From NCBI GenBank assembly GCA_964510575.1, contig CAZECN010000001.1:2131-66130 (forward strand): a stretch of 64,000 nt of DNA. Reading direction: 5' to 3'. Positions 1 to 11,476 of the stretch are shown here, one piece after another. Position 1 is the stretch's first letter. The number at the start of each line of letters is the position of its first letter. The notes below the pieces were generated by a model. It worked only from the letters and a program-made list of their open reading frames with translations. It did no database searches and was not told the DNA's origin. A program made the position numbers and the translations under genes. Source of the DNA: an uncultured Bdellovibrionales bacterium. GTDB lineage: Bacteria; Bdellovibrionota_C; UBA2361; SZUA-149; CALKYB01.

Positions 1-148
1 TGATAACACCGTCTACTGCCGGAGAATTTAGAGCTTGATGAATTATTGCAATTTGAATTGATTTCGAGCGGAAAAGTTTCCAATCAGAGCTATTTCTCTG
101 GTTTAGTTTTCTCAACAGCGACTTACGGCAAATAGAATCTTCAGACAT
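1..148 (-). CDS. Partial ORF running off the left edge (N-terminal 49 codons, MSEDSICRKSLLRKLNQRNSSDW...), unknown product
   Basis: Open reading frame on the reverse strand from an ATG at 146-148 to position 1 with no stop. It is not in the ORF track because it is short and truncated. No recognisable motif. Confidence 0.2.
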   Translation of the reverse strand, partial: MSEDSICRKSLLRKLNQRNSSDWKLFRSKSIQIAIIHQALNSPAVDGVI

Positions 149-456
149 GTTGCTCTTTAGATTGCTCAATAAGGAGAACCAATGCTGCCCGGATAACCTG
201 TGTTTTAGAAAACTAGAAAACGAAAATTTTTGAGAATCCTAAAAGAGGAAACCAAATAAAAACAGCTGGGAGGCTAAAGTTATCCAAGTTGAAAGTACTA
301 CAAATCAATTCAGAAATTAAAATTGTTGTTTGAAACCTTAGAATAAAGATTATACTGGCTTGCCCTTAGTCTAATCAATGTTGCCATGGGGCTGAAATTG
401 TTTGGGAAAGCACAATTTAGGGGTACCCACGTACTAGCCTAACTTGGGGGCAGCAC

Positions 457-1566
457 TTAGTTCTGGGTCAATCGACTGAAAACCTTTTCCCATTTTTTCA
501 AGGAAGGCTCAGGGGAGAAGTTTTCAACTACTCTTTTACGGGCCGCTTGTCCGATAGTGGCTCTTAAGTTTGGCTTTTCAAGAAGCTTGCAAATCCTAGA
601 GCTGATTTGCTCTGAGTTTTTGGCTTCAACTAGGTAGCCTGTTTCTTCATCGATAATTATTTCAGGAATGCCACCAACTCTTGAGGCAATGACCGGAACA
701 CCACTAGCCCCTGCCTCTATATTTATGTAGCCGAAAGGCTCGTCTAAAGAAGGCACGACTAGCATGTCCAGAGATGCCATAACCCCTGGAATATTCGTAC
801 TATGCCCTGCGAAATGAACTATCTTTTCGATTTTTAGCTGCTCACAAAGGTTTTGAAGTTTTTTTAGAAACCCTTTTTCCTTTTCACCACCGACTATCAC
901 AAAGCGGGCAGAGGGATGTTTCTCGAGAACTGCAGGAATAGCTTGGATAAAGTACTCGATTCCTTTTATTGGGTGGAGCACCCCAACAAAACCAATGACA
1001 GGGGAATTTTCCTCAAAAGGCCAACTAACTGGTTTGGCTTTGAAGTCTTCTGGATTAATAAAGTTATGAATGACCTCTAGTCTTTCTCCCAGACCGGCTT
1101 CAACAAAAGAGCGACCGGTTTCTTTGGAGTTGGCGACGAACAGGTCGAGCTTTGATAAAAAGCCTCCAAAGGCTGCACCTTCCTTGTAAAAAGCTATAAA
1201 AGCCACTGTTGGAATTCTTTGAATTTTAAGTGCTAGGATTTCTGCGGGTTTCCAGTAAATGTAGTCCATTATGTAGGCCAGCTGAAATCTGTTTTTTCTG
1301 CAAAAAGAGAGCATCCAAAATAGAGACTTAATATAGGCTAGCAGGCCGTTATTTTCAGTCAGGTTCCGTTCAATCAGGTTTACTGGGAGTTCTTTGCAAA
1401 CCTCCAGAAAGGGCCCGCCGCCTTCGCCAAGTATTAGAAATATCTCAAAGTCTTCAGAAAAGTGATTTATTTGAGCAATAGCTCTATTAACAAAGCTACC
1501 AGCCGACTTAGGGTTGTAATAGATAAAAAGAAGCTTTGGTTTTTCGCTGCTGGGATTGCCGGGCAC
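457..1566 (-). CDS. Glycosyltransferase, GT4-like (GT-B fold)
   Basis: 369 aa. The C-terminal half has the typical GT1/GT4 signature EAGASGVPVIASRVGGIPEII and an EX7E-like context. It is same-strand with, and immediately downstream of, the Fic-like gene. Confidence 0.75.
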   Translation of the reverse strand: MPGNPSSEKPKLLFIYYNPKSAGSFVNRAIAQINHFSEDFEIFLILGEGGGPFLEVCKELPVNLIERNLTENNGLLAYIKSLFWMLSFCRKNRFQLAYIMDYIYWKPAEILALKIQRIPTVAFIAFYKEGAAFGGFLSKLDLFVANSKETGRSFVEAGLGERLEVIHNFINPEDFKAKPVSWPFEENSPVIGFVGVLHPIKGIEYFIQAIPAVLEKHPSARFVIVGGEKEKGFLKKLQNLCEQLKIEKIVHFAGHSTNIPGVMASLDMLVVPSLDEPFGYINIEAGASGVPVIASRVGGIPEIIIDEETGYLVEAKNSEQISSRICKLLEKPNLRATIGQAARKRVVENFSPEPSLKKWEKVFSRLTQN

Positions 1567-1644
1567 GGTGGGTTCCTTTGTTAAGGCTCTAACTCTAATG
1601 TAGATTCTAGCAGCCTGACTGACAAACCCTTTTCTACTGTCATT

Positions 1645-2721
1645 CTATACTTGGTGCTCTATCTCTTTACATTTGGGCCGGGAAGAAACAGACCAAGAAG
1701 TCGAGCGACCCCCACCAGTACGCACCAAGAAGCCCTTGTCAGCAAGTTGAGTAAGGCTGTATTTAACGGTTGAAGTTTTAAAACCAGTTTCTTTTATGAT
1801 TTGGTCACGACTGGCATTGCCTCGAGTCTTAATGATTTCGAGGATTTCTAGCTGACTGCTTGGTAGTGCTTGAACTTTGGCGTTCAACGAACTTTTACCT
1901 TCCAAATTGATTGAAAGTTGGAAAAGGCAAGAGCAGAAGAACTCTAGCCAAGTATTGAGTCCTGCGCATGAGCCGGGACATGTTCTTTCTGCCTGTCTTA
2001 AAGACGAAAAGAACTTCTCCTGCTCTCTGAATACTACTTCCCCAAGAGATTCACTTTTAAGCACAAAGTATCCAGCTTCTATCAGCCTGGCTCGGGTGAT
2101 AGAGAAAGCAATAAATTGGTTTAATCGGTTAAACGGGCTGATCTGGAGAAATTCTAGATGAAGGATAGCCGCTTTCACAACTGGATGGAGTTCGTCTTTA
2201 TTCTCTTCTAAAGCCCAATTAAGGTGCTTTTTTAGCTTAGATGCTACTACCAAATGCTCTAGTGTTTGAAAGAGGAAGCTTCCCGAAGCGGTCTGAAGAG
2301 GGACCCTACAGTTTCTAGGGAAATCAACTTCTAAGTCTTTGGCAATTTCACTTGGAGAAATGACAGATGGTGAACTGTTCAGGTTAGCCTGTGTCGTTTT
2401 CAGAAATTCAACAAATCTAGATGCAATCGGAAAGGAGGGCGTATTGCTAAGCCCACCCAGTTTAGTGGGAAGCGATTTATTTTCTGTGAATAACTTTAGT
2501 TGGCTAGAATCTAGATTGCTTTGACAGCCATCAAGGAGAAGAAAATACCTAGCCTCTTTTTCCAACAACTCGTCAGGGGGATTGGCCTCTGCGAGAGGGC
2601 TGCTTGCTAGCCGGCCGCAAAGGTATTCTAGCTCAGCAATCTGATTGAAAAGCTTTGGTCCAGGTCTGAAGATGAAATTGCTCATTAAGGGCAAGATACC
2701 AAAGAAAAATAGGGCGCACAT
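1645..2721 (-). CDS. Fic/DOC-family protein with a degenerate active-site motif and a C-terminal winged-helix domain
   Basis: A Fic core pattern is present: HPVVKAAILHLEFLQI followed by SPFNRLNQF where canonical Fic has HPFx(D/E)GNGR. The C-terminal 60 aa look like a winged HTH (IIKTRGNASRDQIIKETGFKTSTVKYSLTQLADKGFLVRTGGGRST). The likely true start is MSNFIF at 2685. Confidence 0.55.
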   Translation of the reverse strand: MCALFFFGILPLMSNFIFRPGPKLFNQIAELEYLCGRLASSPLAEANPPDELLEKEARYFLLLDGCQSNLDSSQLKLFTENKSLPTKLGGLSNTPSFPIASRFVEFLKTTQANLNSSPSVISPSEIAKDLEVDFPRNCRVPLQTASGSFLFQTLEHLVVASKLKKHLNWALEENKDELHPVVKAAILHLEFLQISPFNRLNQFIAFSITRARLIEAGYFVLKSESLGEVVFREQEKFFSSLRQAERTCPGSCAGLNTWLEFFCSCLFQLSINLEGKSSLNAKVQALPSSQLEILEIIKTRGNASRDQIIKETGFKTSTVKYSLTQLADKGFLVRTGGGRSTSWSVSSRPKCKEIEHQV

Positions 2722-3077
2722 GCTGGATTGTCGCTTCCTGCCTTAGCTTTGCTCTAAACCCCAAATTTGGCCAATGTTTAGCAAGTGGAAAGAGGGGCTA
2801 TCTTTCTGAAATTAAACAAACTTTTCTTAAGCTCTGATATCTCAGGGTGCTGCTCTTGACCCCAGCTGCGTATATCGAGATAAGAGGTGCCGAAAACAGG
2901 CTATTTAGTCAGTTCTATTGCTTTTAAGCTTTGTCCGTTTACCATGTGGCCCAGCATTAGATACTCCGCGTAGGGCTACTCGGGGCAGAGATATCTAGAG
3001 TGGCCCGATAGGTTGTTAGAGCTGACAGTTAAGCCCGAGATTTACAGGCTTTTTCTTGACCCCCTGGTCTGAGGATT

Positions 3078-3530
3078 ATGGAAATAAAAGGTATATACTA
3101 CATTCATCTACTGCTCTCTGCTGGAATCTTTGTTCTCCTTTGGAAAGTGGTTGGCGAAGGATTGATGAAGCCTTTCTTTGATATGCTAGCCGAGCGTGAG
3201 CAAAAAACGGTTGGGGATGAAAAGAAAGCGCAGAAAACTTTGGAGCTTAGTGCGCAGGTTGCCTCTGATATCGATTCTGAGTTGCTGGAAGCCAGAGTTG
3301 AAGGAGTAAAACTTAGAGAAGAACAGCTCGCTGCAGCTCGTGGGGAAGTTACAAAGGTCACAGATAAAGCGAGTAAAGAGGCAGAAGCAACTCTTACCGC
3401 CGGTCGTGAAGAGATTAATATAGTCGCTTCAAAAGCTCGCTCCGATTTGGAAAAAGAAATTGATGGTCTGGCTGAAGTCTTAGTCTCTAGGGTTCTTGGA
3501 AAAGAGTCAGCGGGAAAGACGGTACATTAG
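3078..3530 (+). CDS. atpF2: FoF1 ATP synthase subunit b' (second b-type subunit)
   Basis: 150 aa with an N-terminal TM helix followed by a long charged coiled coil (EAEATLTAGREEINIVASKARSDLEKEIDGL). It sits directly upstream of atpF-atpH-atpA. Confidence 0.7.
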   Translation: MEIKGIYYIHLLLSAGIFVLLWKVVGEGLMKPFFDMLAEREQKTVGDEKKAQKTLELSAQVASDIDSELLEARVEGVKLREEQLAAARGEVTKVTDKASKEAEATLTAGREEINIVASKARSDLEKEIDGLAEVLVSRVLGKESAGKTVH

Positions 3531-3564
3531 AGTTTTGAGTTTTCTAGAAAGAGGAAAAGGCTTT

Positions 3565-4158
3565 ATGCATATTCGAAATCGTGGACTAAAGGAGCTTTTG
3601 TTCGCCAGTTTGCCTTTTCTTATTATCGCGACTCCAGCTCATGCCGCGGGCGGAAGCGCTGACCCAGTGATGACTTTTGTCTGGTCTATAATCAACTTTG
3701 CGCTTTTCTTCTTTTTGATGCTTGCTGTGTATAAGAAGAACATTGCCCGCTTAATTAGAGCGAGAAGTGCTAAGGTGGCTGAGCATCTTCAGCGTTCCCA
3801 GAATGCCCTGGCTGAGGCAGAGCAGGAGTATGGAGCTCTTAAAGAGAAACTAAATAACATCGAAGGGGTGAAAAAGGATCTTTTCGATCGTTACAATGAA
3901 GAAGGTCGAAAACAGTCTACTTTGCTGATTGAGTCCGGTAATACTAGTGCAGCTCGTATTCAGGCCGATGCTGAGCGTCAGGTTGGAACCGAGCTTTCTC
4001 AAGAGTCCAAAAAAATTAGAAAGGAAGTTGTAACGACCGCTGTAGGTAAAGCGACCAAGCAGTTGCAAAGTTTAAGCAAGGACGATGATGTCAAGCTTAG
4101 AGCTGATGCACTTCAGAGATTTCTCAATCAAAGCAGTGCGGCTCGACCGTCGGCGTAG
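3565..4158 (+). CDS. atpF: FoF1 ATP synthase subunit b
   Basis: An ATG at 3565 is preceded by the RBS GAGGAAAAGG. TM helix then a coiled-coil b-subunit pattern (AEAEQEYGALKEKL...). The track ORF starting at 3496 (TTG) would overlap the preceding gene, so the later start is preferred. Confidence 0.75.
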   Translation: MHIRNRGLKELLFASLPFLIIATPAHAAGGSADPVMTFVWSIINFALFFFLMLAVYKKNIARLIRARSAKVAEHLQRSQNALAEAEQEYGALKEKLNNIEGVKKDLFDRYNEEGRKQSTLLIESGNTSAARIQADAERQVGTELSQESKKIRKEVVTTAVGKATKQLQSLSKDDDVKLRADALQRFLNQSSAARPSA

Positions 4159-4173
4159 TTAGGAGATATAGTT

Positions 4174-4740
4174 TTGGCAAAAAAATCAGGAAAACTGGCA
4201 TCTAGGTATGCGCGAGCTCTTTTAGCTTCAGTTGAAAAAGAGCTTGGAGTGAGTGGTTCACCAACTCCGGCTCAAAAAATAGCTGCCGAGCTTCAGCAGT
4301 TTTCCACTATCTGGAAAAATGACCAGGAGCTTTCAAACGTATTGCTCAGCCCAATGTTTGCTAGAGAGCAGCGAACTGCTGCCTTGGAGTCTGTTGTTAA
4401 AGAAGCTGGGCTCACTGAAGTAACTAGAAAGTTTCTCAAAGTGGTTTTCCTGAGAGACCGAATAGCGGCATTGCCAGAAATAGCCGAGGCTTTTTCAGTT
4501 GTTGCTGATAGAGCAGCCTCAGTTGTTAGGGTGACTGTAAGCACAGCCAGAGAAATTGATAAGGTCGAAGCTGAAGGTATTGAAAAGGCCGTAGCTGGAA
4601 AGGTTGGCGGCAGCCCAGAGTTTACTTGGAATATTGACCCCAAGCTTTTAGGTGGCTTGGTTATTGAATATGCTGGGCAGATCTTCGACGGATCGTTGAG
4701 TGGTCAATTAGGAAAAATTGAAAAAGAACTTACTCCATAG
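4174..4740 (+). CDS. atpH: FoF1 ATP synthase subunit delta (OSCP)
   Basis: 188 aa, N-terminus YARALLAS, typical delta/OSCP size and position between b and alpha. TTG start with an AGGAGA RBS. Confidence 0.8.
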   Translation: MAKKSGKLASRYARALLASVEKELGVSGSPTPAQKIAAELQQFSTIWKNDQELSNVLLSPMFAREQRTAALESVVKEAGLTEVTRKFLKVVFLRDRIAALPEIAEAFSVVADRAASVVRVTVSTAREIDKVEAEGIEKAVAGKVGGSPEFTWNIDPKLLGGLVIEYAGQIFDGSLSGQLGKIEKELTP

Positions 4741-4809
4741 TGGCCCTACTGGTTGCTTGGAATAAACATAGATTTTACTGAAATAAGGAAAAACGGAGAA
4801 GAGATAGAG

Positions 4810-6387
4810 ATGGAAATCAAAGCTCAGGAAATTAGCAGAATTCTTAAAGAGCAGATCCAGGACTATGATGCCGGAGTTGAGCTTGCTGAAGTGGGAAGTG
4901 TGCTTTCGGTCGGTGATGGTATTGCCAGAATACATGGCCTTGAAGGCGTTGCCGCCGGTGAGCTGCTTGAGTTCCCGGGAGAGGTTATGGCAATTGCCCT
5001 TAACCTTGAAGAAGACAACGTCGGAGCCGTTTTAATGGGTGAGACTTCCTCGATTAAAGAAGGGGATATCGTAAAGCGAACCGGAAAAATTGCTGAGGTT
5101 CCAGTCGGTGAGGCCTTGGTCGGGCGTGTGGTCAACGCTCTTGGTCAGCCAATCGATGGTAAGGGTCCTATCGAAGCTAAAGAAACTCGAAGAATTGAGA
5201 TTAAGGCTCCTGGTATCATGGCTAGAAAGAGTGTTCATGAGCCTCTTCAAACTGGCCTTAAGGCTATCGACACGATGGTTCCAATTGGTCGTGGCCAGAG
5301 AGAGCTAATCATTGGAGACCGTCAAACTGGCAAGTCGGCGGTTGCCCTGGACACAATCATCAACCAAAAGGGTAAAGGCGTTACATGTATCTATGTAGCT
5401 ATCGGACAGAAGCGTTCTAGTGTCGCCCAAGTAGTGGACAAGCTCCGTGAAGAAGGAGCTCTGGATCATACAATTATTGTTTCAGCTTCAGCTTCTGAGC
5501 CAGCTCCTCTTTCCTTTATTGCTCCTTATTGTGGTTGCACAATGGGCGAATACTTCCGGGATAACGGTAAGCATGCTCTCATTGTTTACGATGATTTGTC
5601 TAAGCATGCTGTAGCTTACAGAGCTATTTCGCTGCTTCTAAGAAGACCTCCAGGACGTGAAGCTTATCCTGGAGATGTTTTCTACCTTCACTCCAGGTTG
5701 CTAGAGCGTGCTGCTAAAATGAGTGATGAGCAGGGAGCAGGATCGTTAACTGCCTTGCCTATCATTGAAACTCAGGCTGGAGATGTGTCTGCTTATATTC
5801 CAACTAACGTAATTTCGATTACTGATGGTCAGATATATTTGGAGTCGGACCTTTTCTATTCTGGTGTCCGCCCAGCTATTAACGTTGGACTTTCAGTTTC
5901 TAGGGTTGGTGGTTCTGCTCAGGTTAAAGCTATGAAAAAAGTAGCTGGAACATTGAGGCTAGACCTTGCCCAATATCGAGAAAAGCAGGCTTTTGCTCAG
6001 TTTGGTTCAGACCTTGATGAATCTACTCAAGCCCAGCTTTCAAGAGGTGAAAGGTTGGTTGAAGTTTTGAAGCAGGGACAATACGAGCCGATGGAAGTTG
6101 AGCTGCAAATTGTTTCAATTTTTGCTGCTAACAACGGATTCCTTGACGAGCTGGAAGTTGCAGATATTGGTGAATATGAAAAAGAATTACATCAATACGT
6201 TCAAGCCAACGCTAAGGAAGCTCTAGACGCGATCAGAGAAAAAGGTGCCACTAACGACGAACAGAACGCGGCGTTGAAGGAAGCAATTGGTAGTTTTACT
6301 AAAGACTTCTTGGCTACTAAAGGAGCAGCTCCGGCAGCTTCAGCAGCTAAGTCTTCTTCTGGGTCTGCAGCAGGAGCAGCGGCGTAA
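4810..6387 (+). CDS. atpA: FoF1 ATP synthase subunit alpha, with an unusual Ala/Ser-rich C-terminal tail of about 20 aa
   Basis: Walker A GDRQTGKS, conserved alpha blocks ([39 protein letters not shown]). ATG at 4810 follows the RBS GGAGAAGAG. The tail [24 protein letters not shown] is non-canonical. Confidence 0.95.
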   Translation: MEIKAQEISRILKEQIQDYDAGVELAEVGSVLSVGDGIARIHGLEGVAAGELLEFPGEVMAIALNLEEDNVGAVLMGETSSIKEGDIVKRTGKIAEVPVGEALVGRVVNALGQPIDGKGPIEAKETRRIEIKAPGIMARKSVHEPLQTGLKAIDTMVPIGRGQRELIIGDRQTGKSAVALDTIINQKGKGVTCIYVAIGQKRSSVAQVVDKLREEGALDHTIIVSASASEPAPLSFIAPYCGCTMGEYFRDNGKHALIVYDDLSKHAVAYRAISLLLRRPPGREAYPGDVFYLHSRLLERAAKMSDEQGAGSLTALPIIETQAGDVSAYIPTNVISITDGQIYLESDLFYSGVRPAINVGLSVSRVGGSAQVKAMKKVAGTLRLDLAQYREKQAFAQFGSDLDESTQAQLSRGERLVEVLKQGQYEPMEVELQIVSIFAANNGFLDELEVADIGEYEKELHQYVQANAKEALDAIREKGATNDEQNAALKEAIGSFTKDFLATKGAAPAASAAKSSSGSAAGAAA

Positions 6388-6420
6388 CACTTTTTATCCT
6401 AGAAGGGAGAAGGCTTATAA

Positions 6421-7323
6421 ATGTCTAATCTAAAAGAAATCAGGCGCCGGATTGGCTCGGTGAGTAATACGAAACAGATTACTCGAGCTATGAAACTAGT
6501 TTCTGCAGCCAAGCTTAGAAGGGCTCAGGATGCAGCAACTGGTGGACGTGATTTTTCAAAGAGACTGGATCGAATTCTTGCTGAGCTAATGAGTAGTTTG
6601 CCTGAAGATTTTTCGCATCCTCTTTTGGAAAAAAGAGAGGTTATTAAGAAGCGAAGGCTAGTTGTTGTCTCTGGAGATAGGGGTCTTTGTGGGCCTTATA
6701 ATACCAACGTTCAAAAGGCAGTAATTAAGGAACTGGAAGCTTCAGAAGCTGAGAATGTAGAAGTAGACATGATTGCAATCGGTCGACGTGCTGTGTCTTC
6801 TGTTAATGCACGAGGATGGAACCTTGTGGAAGGCTATGAATCTCTCGCGACTGATCCAACGGAATGGCCAATTTCAGAGATTACAACAAGATGTGGAAAT
6901 GACTTTGAAAGCGAAGACTGCGACGAAGTTATTTTGCTTTATACTCATTTTCACTCGGCAGTTAGTCAGGAAGTGACCAGAGTTAGCTTGATACCATTTG
7001 AAGGTACCCCTGTTGGAACTGAAGCAGAGGATCAGTCCAAGGACGAAGAGCCTGCGTCGCTTAATAAGACAAAATGCGATCCGGATGCGGAGTCTATTGT
7101 CTCAGAGTTAATTAATGTTCTGATTTCTTCTAAGCTTACTCAAGCTATTTTAGAATCTAGAGCTAGTGAGCATGCAGCGCGAATGACTGCGATGGATGCT
7201 GCTACAAATAACGCTTCTGATTTAATAGGAAAGCTTAAGCTTACCTATAACAGAGCACGTCAAAGTGCGATTACAACAGAACTAATTGACATTGTGGGTG
7301 GTGCAGAAGCCACCAGTGGATAG
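6421..7323 (+). CDS. atpG: FoF1 ATP synthase subunit gamma
   Basis: N-terminus MSNLKEIRRRIGSVSNTKQITRAMKLVSAAKLRRAQ and C-terminus ITTELIDIVGGAEA are diagnostic for gamma. Confidence 0.9.
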   Translation: MSNLKEIRRRIGSVSNTKQITRAMKLVSAAKLRRAQDAATGGRDFSKRLDRILAELMSSLPEDFSHPLLEKREVIKKRRLVVVSGDRGLCGPYNTNVQKAVIKELEASEAENVEVDMIAIGRRAVSSVNARGWNLVEGYESLATDPTEWPISEITTRCGNDFESEDCDEVILLYTHFHSAVSQEVTRVSLIPFEGTPVGTEAEDQSKDEEPASLNKTKCDPDAESIVSELINVLISSKLTQAILESRASEHAARMTAMDAATNNASDLIGKLKLTYNRARQSAITTELIDIVGGAEATSG

Positions 7324-7337
7324 TTTTTATTATTTAA

Positions 7338-8819
<1,482 letters not shown>

Positions 8820-8826
8820 AATTTTT

Positions 8827-8858
8827 AGAGGTTCCTAAAAGGGGCCTCTAATTTTTTA
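8827..8858 (+). terminator. Hairpin plus T-run between atpD and atpC (candidate attenuator or partial terminator)
   Basis: AGAGGTTCC-TAAAA-GGGGCCTCT followed by AATTTTTT. Confidence 0.35.
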
Positions 8859-8895
8859 GTTTTAGAGTTATTACGAGACAGAGAGAAACCTCACC

Positions 8896-9315
8896 ATGAG
8901 TGCAGAATTCGAACTTGAAATTCTAACCCCAGGCAAAAAACTATTTGGAGAAAAAGTCTCCGAAGCGATAGTTCCTGCTTGGGATGGTGAGACTGGTATT
9001 CTTGCCAACCATGAAAACTTTGTTGGAAAGCTAGGAACTGGCGCTCTTAAAATTGTTCAAGAAGGTAAAGATTTTTGGTACATGGTTAGTGGCGGAGTTT
9101 ACGAAGTCCGTGACGGAGTTGTCTCTGTTTTAGCTCAAGTCGCTGAAGAAGCCGCTCAAGTTGATATCGAATCAGCTAAGGAAATAGACGAAAAACTTTC
9201 CTCTGAACTTCCTAAAACCAATCTTAACACAATTGCTGGTCAGAATATGACTATGGAATTGGAGAGGGCGAGGGCAAGGCTTGAAGTCTATAACCGAACC
9301 AAGTCCGTCCATTAA
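8896..9315 (+). CDS. atpC: FoF1 ATP synthase subunit epsilon
   Basis: 139 aa. N-terminal beta-sandwich pattern (LEILTPGKKLFGEKVSEAIVPAWDGETGILANHE) and position after atpD. Confidence 0.85.
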   Translation: MSAEFELEILTPGKKLFGEKVSEAIVPAWDGETGILANHENFVGKLGTGALKIVQEGKDFWYMVSGGVYEVRDGVVSVLAQVAEEAAQVDIESAKEIDEKLSSELPKTNLNTIAGQNMTMELERARARLEVYNRTKSVH

Positions 9316-9652
9316 CCCAGGCCTATTAGATTTAGGATTTTCTTCATCGCTCTGTAACGTGGGTTTCAGAAATGCTCCATTTCAGCCCCATTCTACTACG
9401 TCTTGCGCCTGCTGGGCGGGTGGTACACCTTCACTCTTCGACCAGATTTAGATATCCGCTTTAGGCTTTAATTCTTCTAAAGTCTTTGCTTTGCCCTACC
9501 TCTCCTTCTGTAAGTGAAGTTGTTGATGGTCGTATGTTGGCGCTGAGGGTATACTTGTGTTGAATAAGTTCTTTCCTAAGAGGCGGTTGAGTAATTCGAT
9601 ATACTCCCCCTAGTGATAGGAGGAGGATCCAGAAGATGGCTAGAAAAGAGCA

Positions 9653-11476
9653 ATGCTAAGACTAGTAGTCATACCAGCCTATTTGGCTATATTTCACTTA
9701 AGTCTTGAATGGCTTTTTTTGGCAACAAAACCCTCATTTCTATCGAGGCTTTCTTACCTTGATCAATTCTTGGTTTATTTTAATTCTCTTGGCTTACCAA
9801 TTATCACTATTGTTTTAGTTTTTACAGTTCTTGTAGCTATCACCAAGGTCTTGTTTAAAGGATTCCCAATAAATTGGAGCAAAATAGTCTGGTGTATTCC
9901 TGCTGCCGCCATATTGGCATCCTTATGGTTTCTTCTTGCTAATACGTTCACTTATAACTTGTTTGGTCAGAGCATATTAGTAGAGCAAGGACGAGGTAGA
10001 CTAGTATACCTGCTTGTATTTGCTTTACTCTACACTTATTCCTTTAGTGTTTTGAATAAATTGATTAGAGAAAGTTTTTGGAAATACTATGAAAGAAAGT
10101 TACTGCTAGTTTTAGTGACTTTAGCCTTAGTATCAGTATGTTCCTGTCTCATAAGTAATCGACATTTAGAGGCTTCTTTAGACGATCTGAAGTTTGACTT
10201 GGATGCTAAAAGCGAACTACCTGATATTATTTTACTCTCTTCAGACGCTTTACTTTCATCTCATATGTCGGTTTATGGTTACGAAAGAGAGACTACACCC
10301 TTTTTAGCCAGTGATGATGACAGTTGGCTGATTTATGAAAATGCATTTTCTAACGCCAATCGCTCAGCAGGCTCAGTGCTTGCAATGCTGACTGGCCGGT
10401 CTCCACTTCACACTAAGATAATAACTTATCCTGATATTCTTCGTGGGCAAGATTCCCTCAGCCATTTTGTTGGACTGATTAGAAGTAAAGGCTATCGAAC
10501 CTTAGACATAAGTATTCGTGATTACGCTGATGCAGTAGATCGAAACATGTGCCTTGGCTTTGATTACGCCACTGGACGTAAATTGGATCAAGGCCTTTAC
10601 TCTATTCTAAGGAACTATCCTTCTTTACTTTGCTCAGATGAATTCTTTTTTCTTTCAAGAGTCTTTAGAAGATTAAACGAGCATTTGAAGCACACGCTTT
10701 ATCTAAAAAAAGTATCACTGTCCTGGCATAGTGTGACTAAAAAAGTTGATTTTTTTGAACAAGATGTAAAAAAGATGGATCGTCTTATGGAGTTTATTGA
10801 AAGCTCTAAAAAGCCGATATTTGCCCATGTGCACCTGTTGGGAACTCATGGACCGATGTATAGCCCTAAAAGCGAAGCCTTTTCAGGTGGACGTGACCAA
10901 AGTGAAGATCGAGAAATAGATTTCTATGATGACGCGATCAGAGACTTTGACCACCATATTGAACGGCTTATTTCGAGTCTGAAAGAAATAGGTAAACTAG
11001 AACAAACCTTAATAGTTATTCACTCTGACCATGATCGACACTTTAGAGTGGGTGGTCGTATACCACTTATGTTTAGATTTCCTAGGAAAGAGTTTATTGG
11101 TCGAAAACATCTTAACGCTCAGCTGTTAGATATCGCCCCTACTATTTTAGACTATCTTGGATCGGCAGAGCTGGACTGGATAGATGGGGAGAGTCTTTTT
11201 AATACTGACCTTGAGCCTGATCGTTTGTTGGTTGGCCTATCAGATATTTACCCATTTAAGCATTACTATTCAGCAGAACCTCCCTTTTTTAATATTGACT
11301 CTATCGAGCTTATCAGATGCGATAGACAGCTCTCCTATTCGGTTGACTCGAAAGAGATTACTGAAAGGCGTATTAAGGGGCATACCAAGCCATGTGAGAG
11401 TAATCCTTGGGATCGACCCGGGCAAGCTATGCGAGACATAGAGCAGCAAATTTCTATTTTTCTAAGCTCTGACTAA
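9653..11476 (+). CDS. Membrane-anchored alkaline-phosphatase-superfamily enzyme (LtaS/EptA/OpgB-like sulfatase-fold phosphotransferase)
   Basis: About 180 aa of N-terminal TM helices, then a sulfatase-fold domain: SAGSVLAMLTGRSP (Ser/Thr-nucleophile variant of the C-x-P-x-R region) and HLLGTHGPMY. The architecture matches LtaS/EptA-type transferases. Confidence 0.7.
   Translation: MLRLVVIPAYLAIFHLSLEWLFLATKPSFLSRLSYLDQFLVYFNSLGLPIITIVLVFTVLVAITKVLFKGFPINWSKIVWCIPAAAILASLWFLLANTFTYNLFGQSILVEQGRGRLVYLLVFALLYTYSFSVLNKLIRESFWKYYERKLLLVLVTLALVSVCSCLISNRHLEASLDDLKFDLDAKSELPDIILLSSDALLSSHMSVYGYERETTPFLASDDDSWLIYENAFSNANRSAGSVLAMLTGRSPLHTKIITYPDILRGQDSLSHFVGLIRSKGYRTLDISIRDYADAVDRNMCLGFDYATGRKLDQGLYSILRNYPSLLCSDEFFFLSRVFRRLNEHLKHTLYLKKVSLSWHSVTKKVDFFEQDVKKMDRLMEFIESSKKPIFAHVHLLGTHGPMYSPKSEAFSGGRDQSEDREIDFYDDAIRDFDHHIERLISSLKEIGKLEQTLIVIHSDHDRHFRVGGRIPLMFRFPRKEFIGRKHLNAQLLDIAPTILDYLGSAELDWIDGESLFNTDLEPDRLLVGLSDIYPFKHYYSAEPPFFNIDSIELIRCDRQLSYSVDSKEITERRIKGHTKPCESNPWDRPGQAMRDIEQQISIFLSSD

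Noticed and set aside
1877-2524. Two plus-strand ORFs (94 and 61 aa) inside the Fic-like gene
   Set aside because: Antisense shadows. The minus-strand frame carries the Fic core and wHTH patterns.
2722-3077. Repeated CTTGACCCC boxes upstream of atpF', considered as paired promoters or a tRNA-like element
   Set aside because: Spacing to candidate -10 hexamers does not fit sigma-70 geometry and no cloverleaf can be drawn. Left unannotated.
3104-3361. 85-aa minus-strand ORF inside atpF'
   Set aside because: Antisense shadow ORF within a well-supported ATP synthase gene. The same applies to 3850-4068, 4293-4643, 4863-5135, 5032-5250, 7467-7934, 7944-8174 and 8370-8618.
11184-11441. 85-aa plus-strand ORF inside the LtaS-like gene in another frame
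   Set aside because: Fully nested in a CDS with clear domain evidence and no independent signals.
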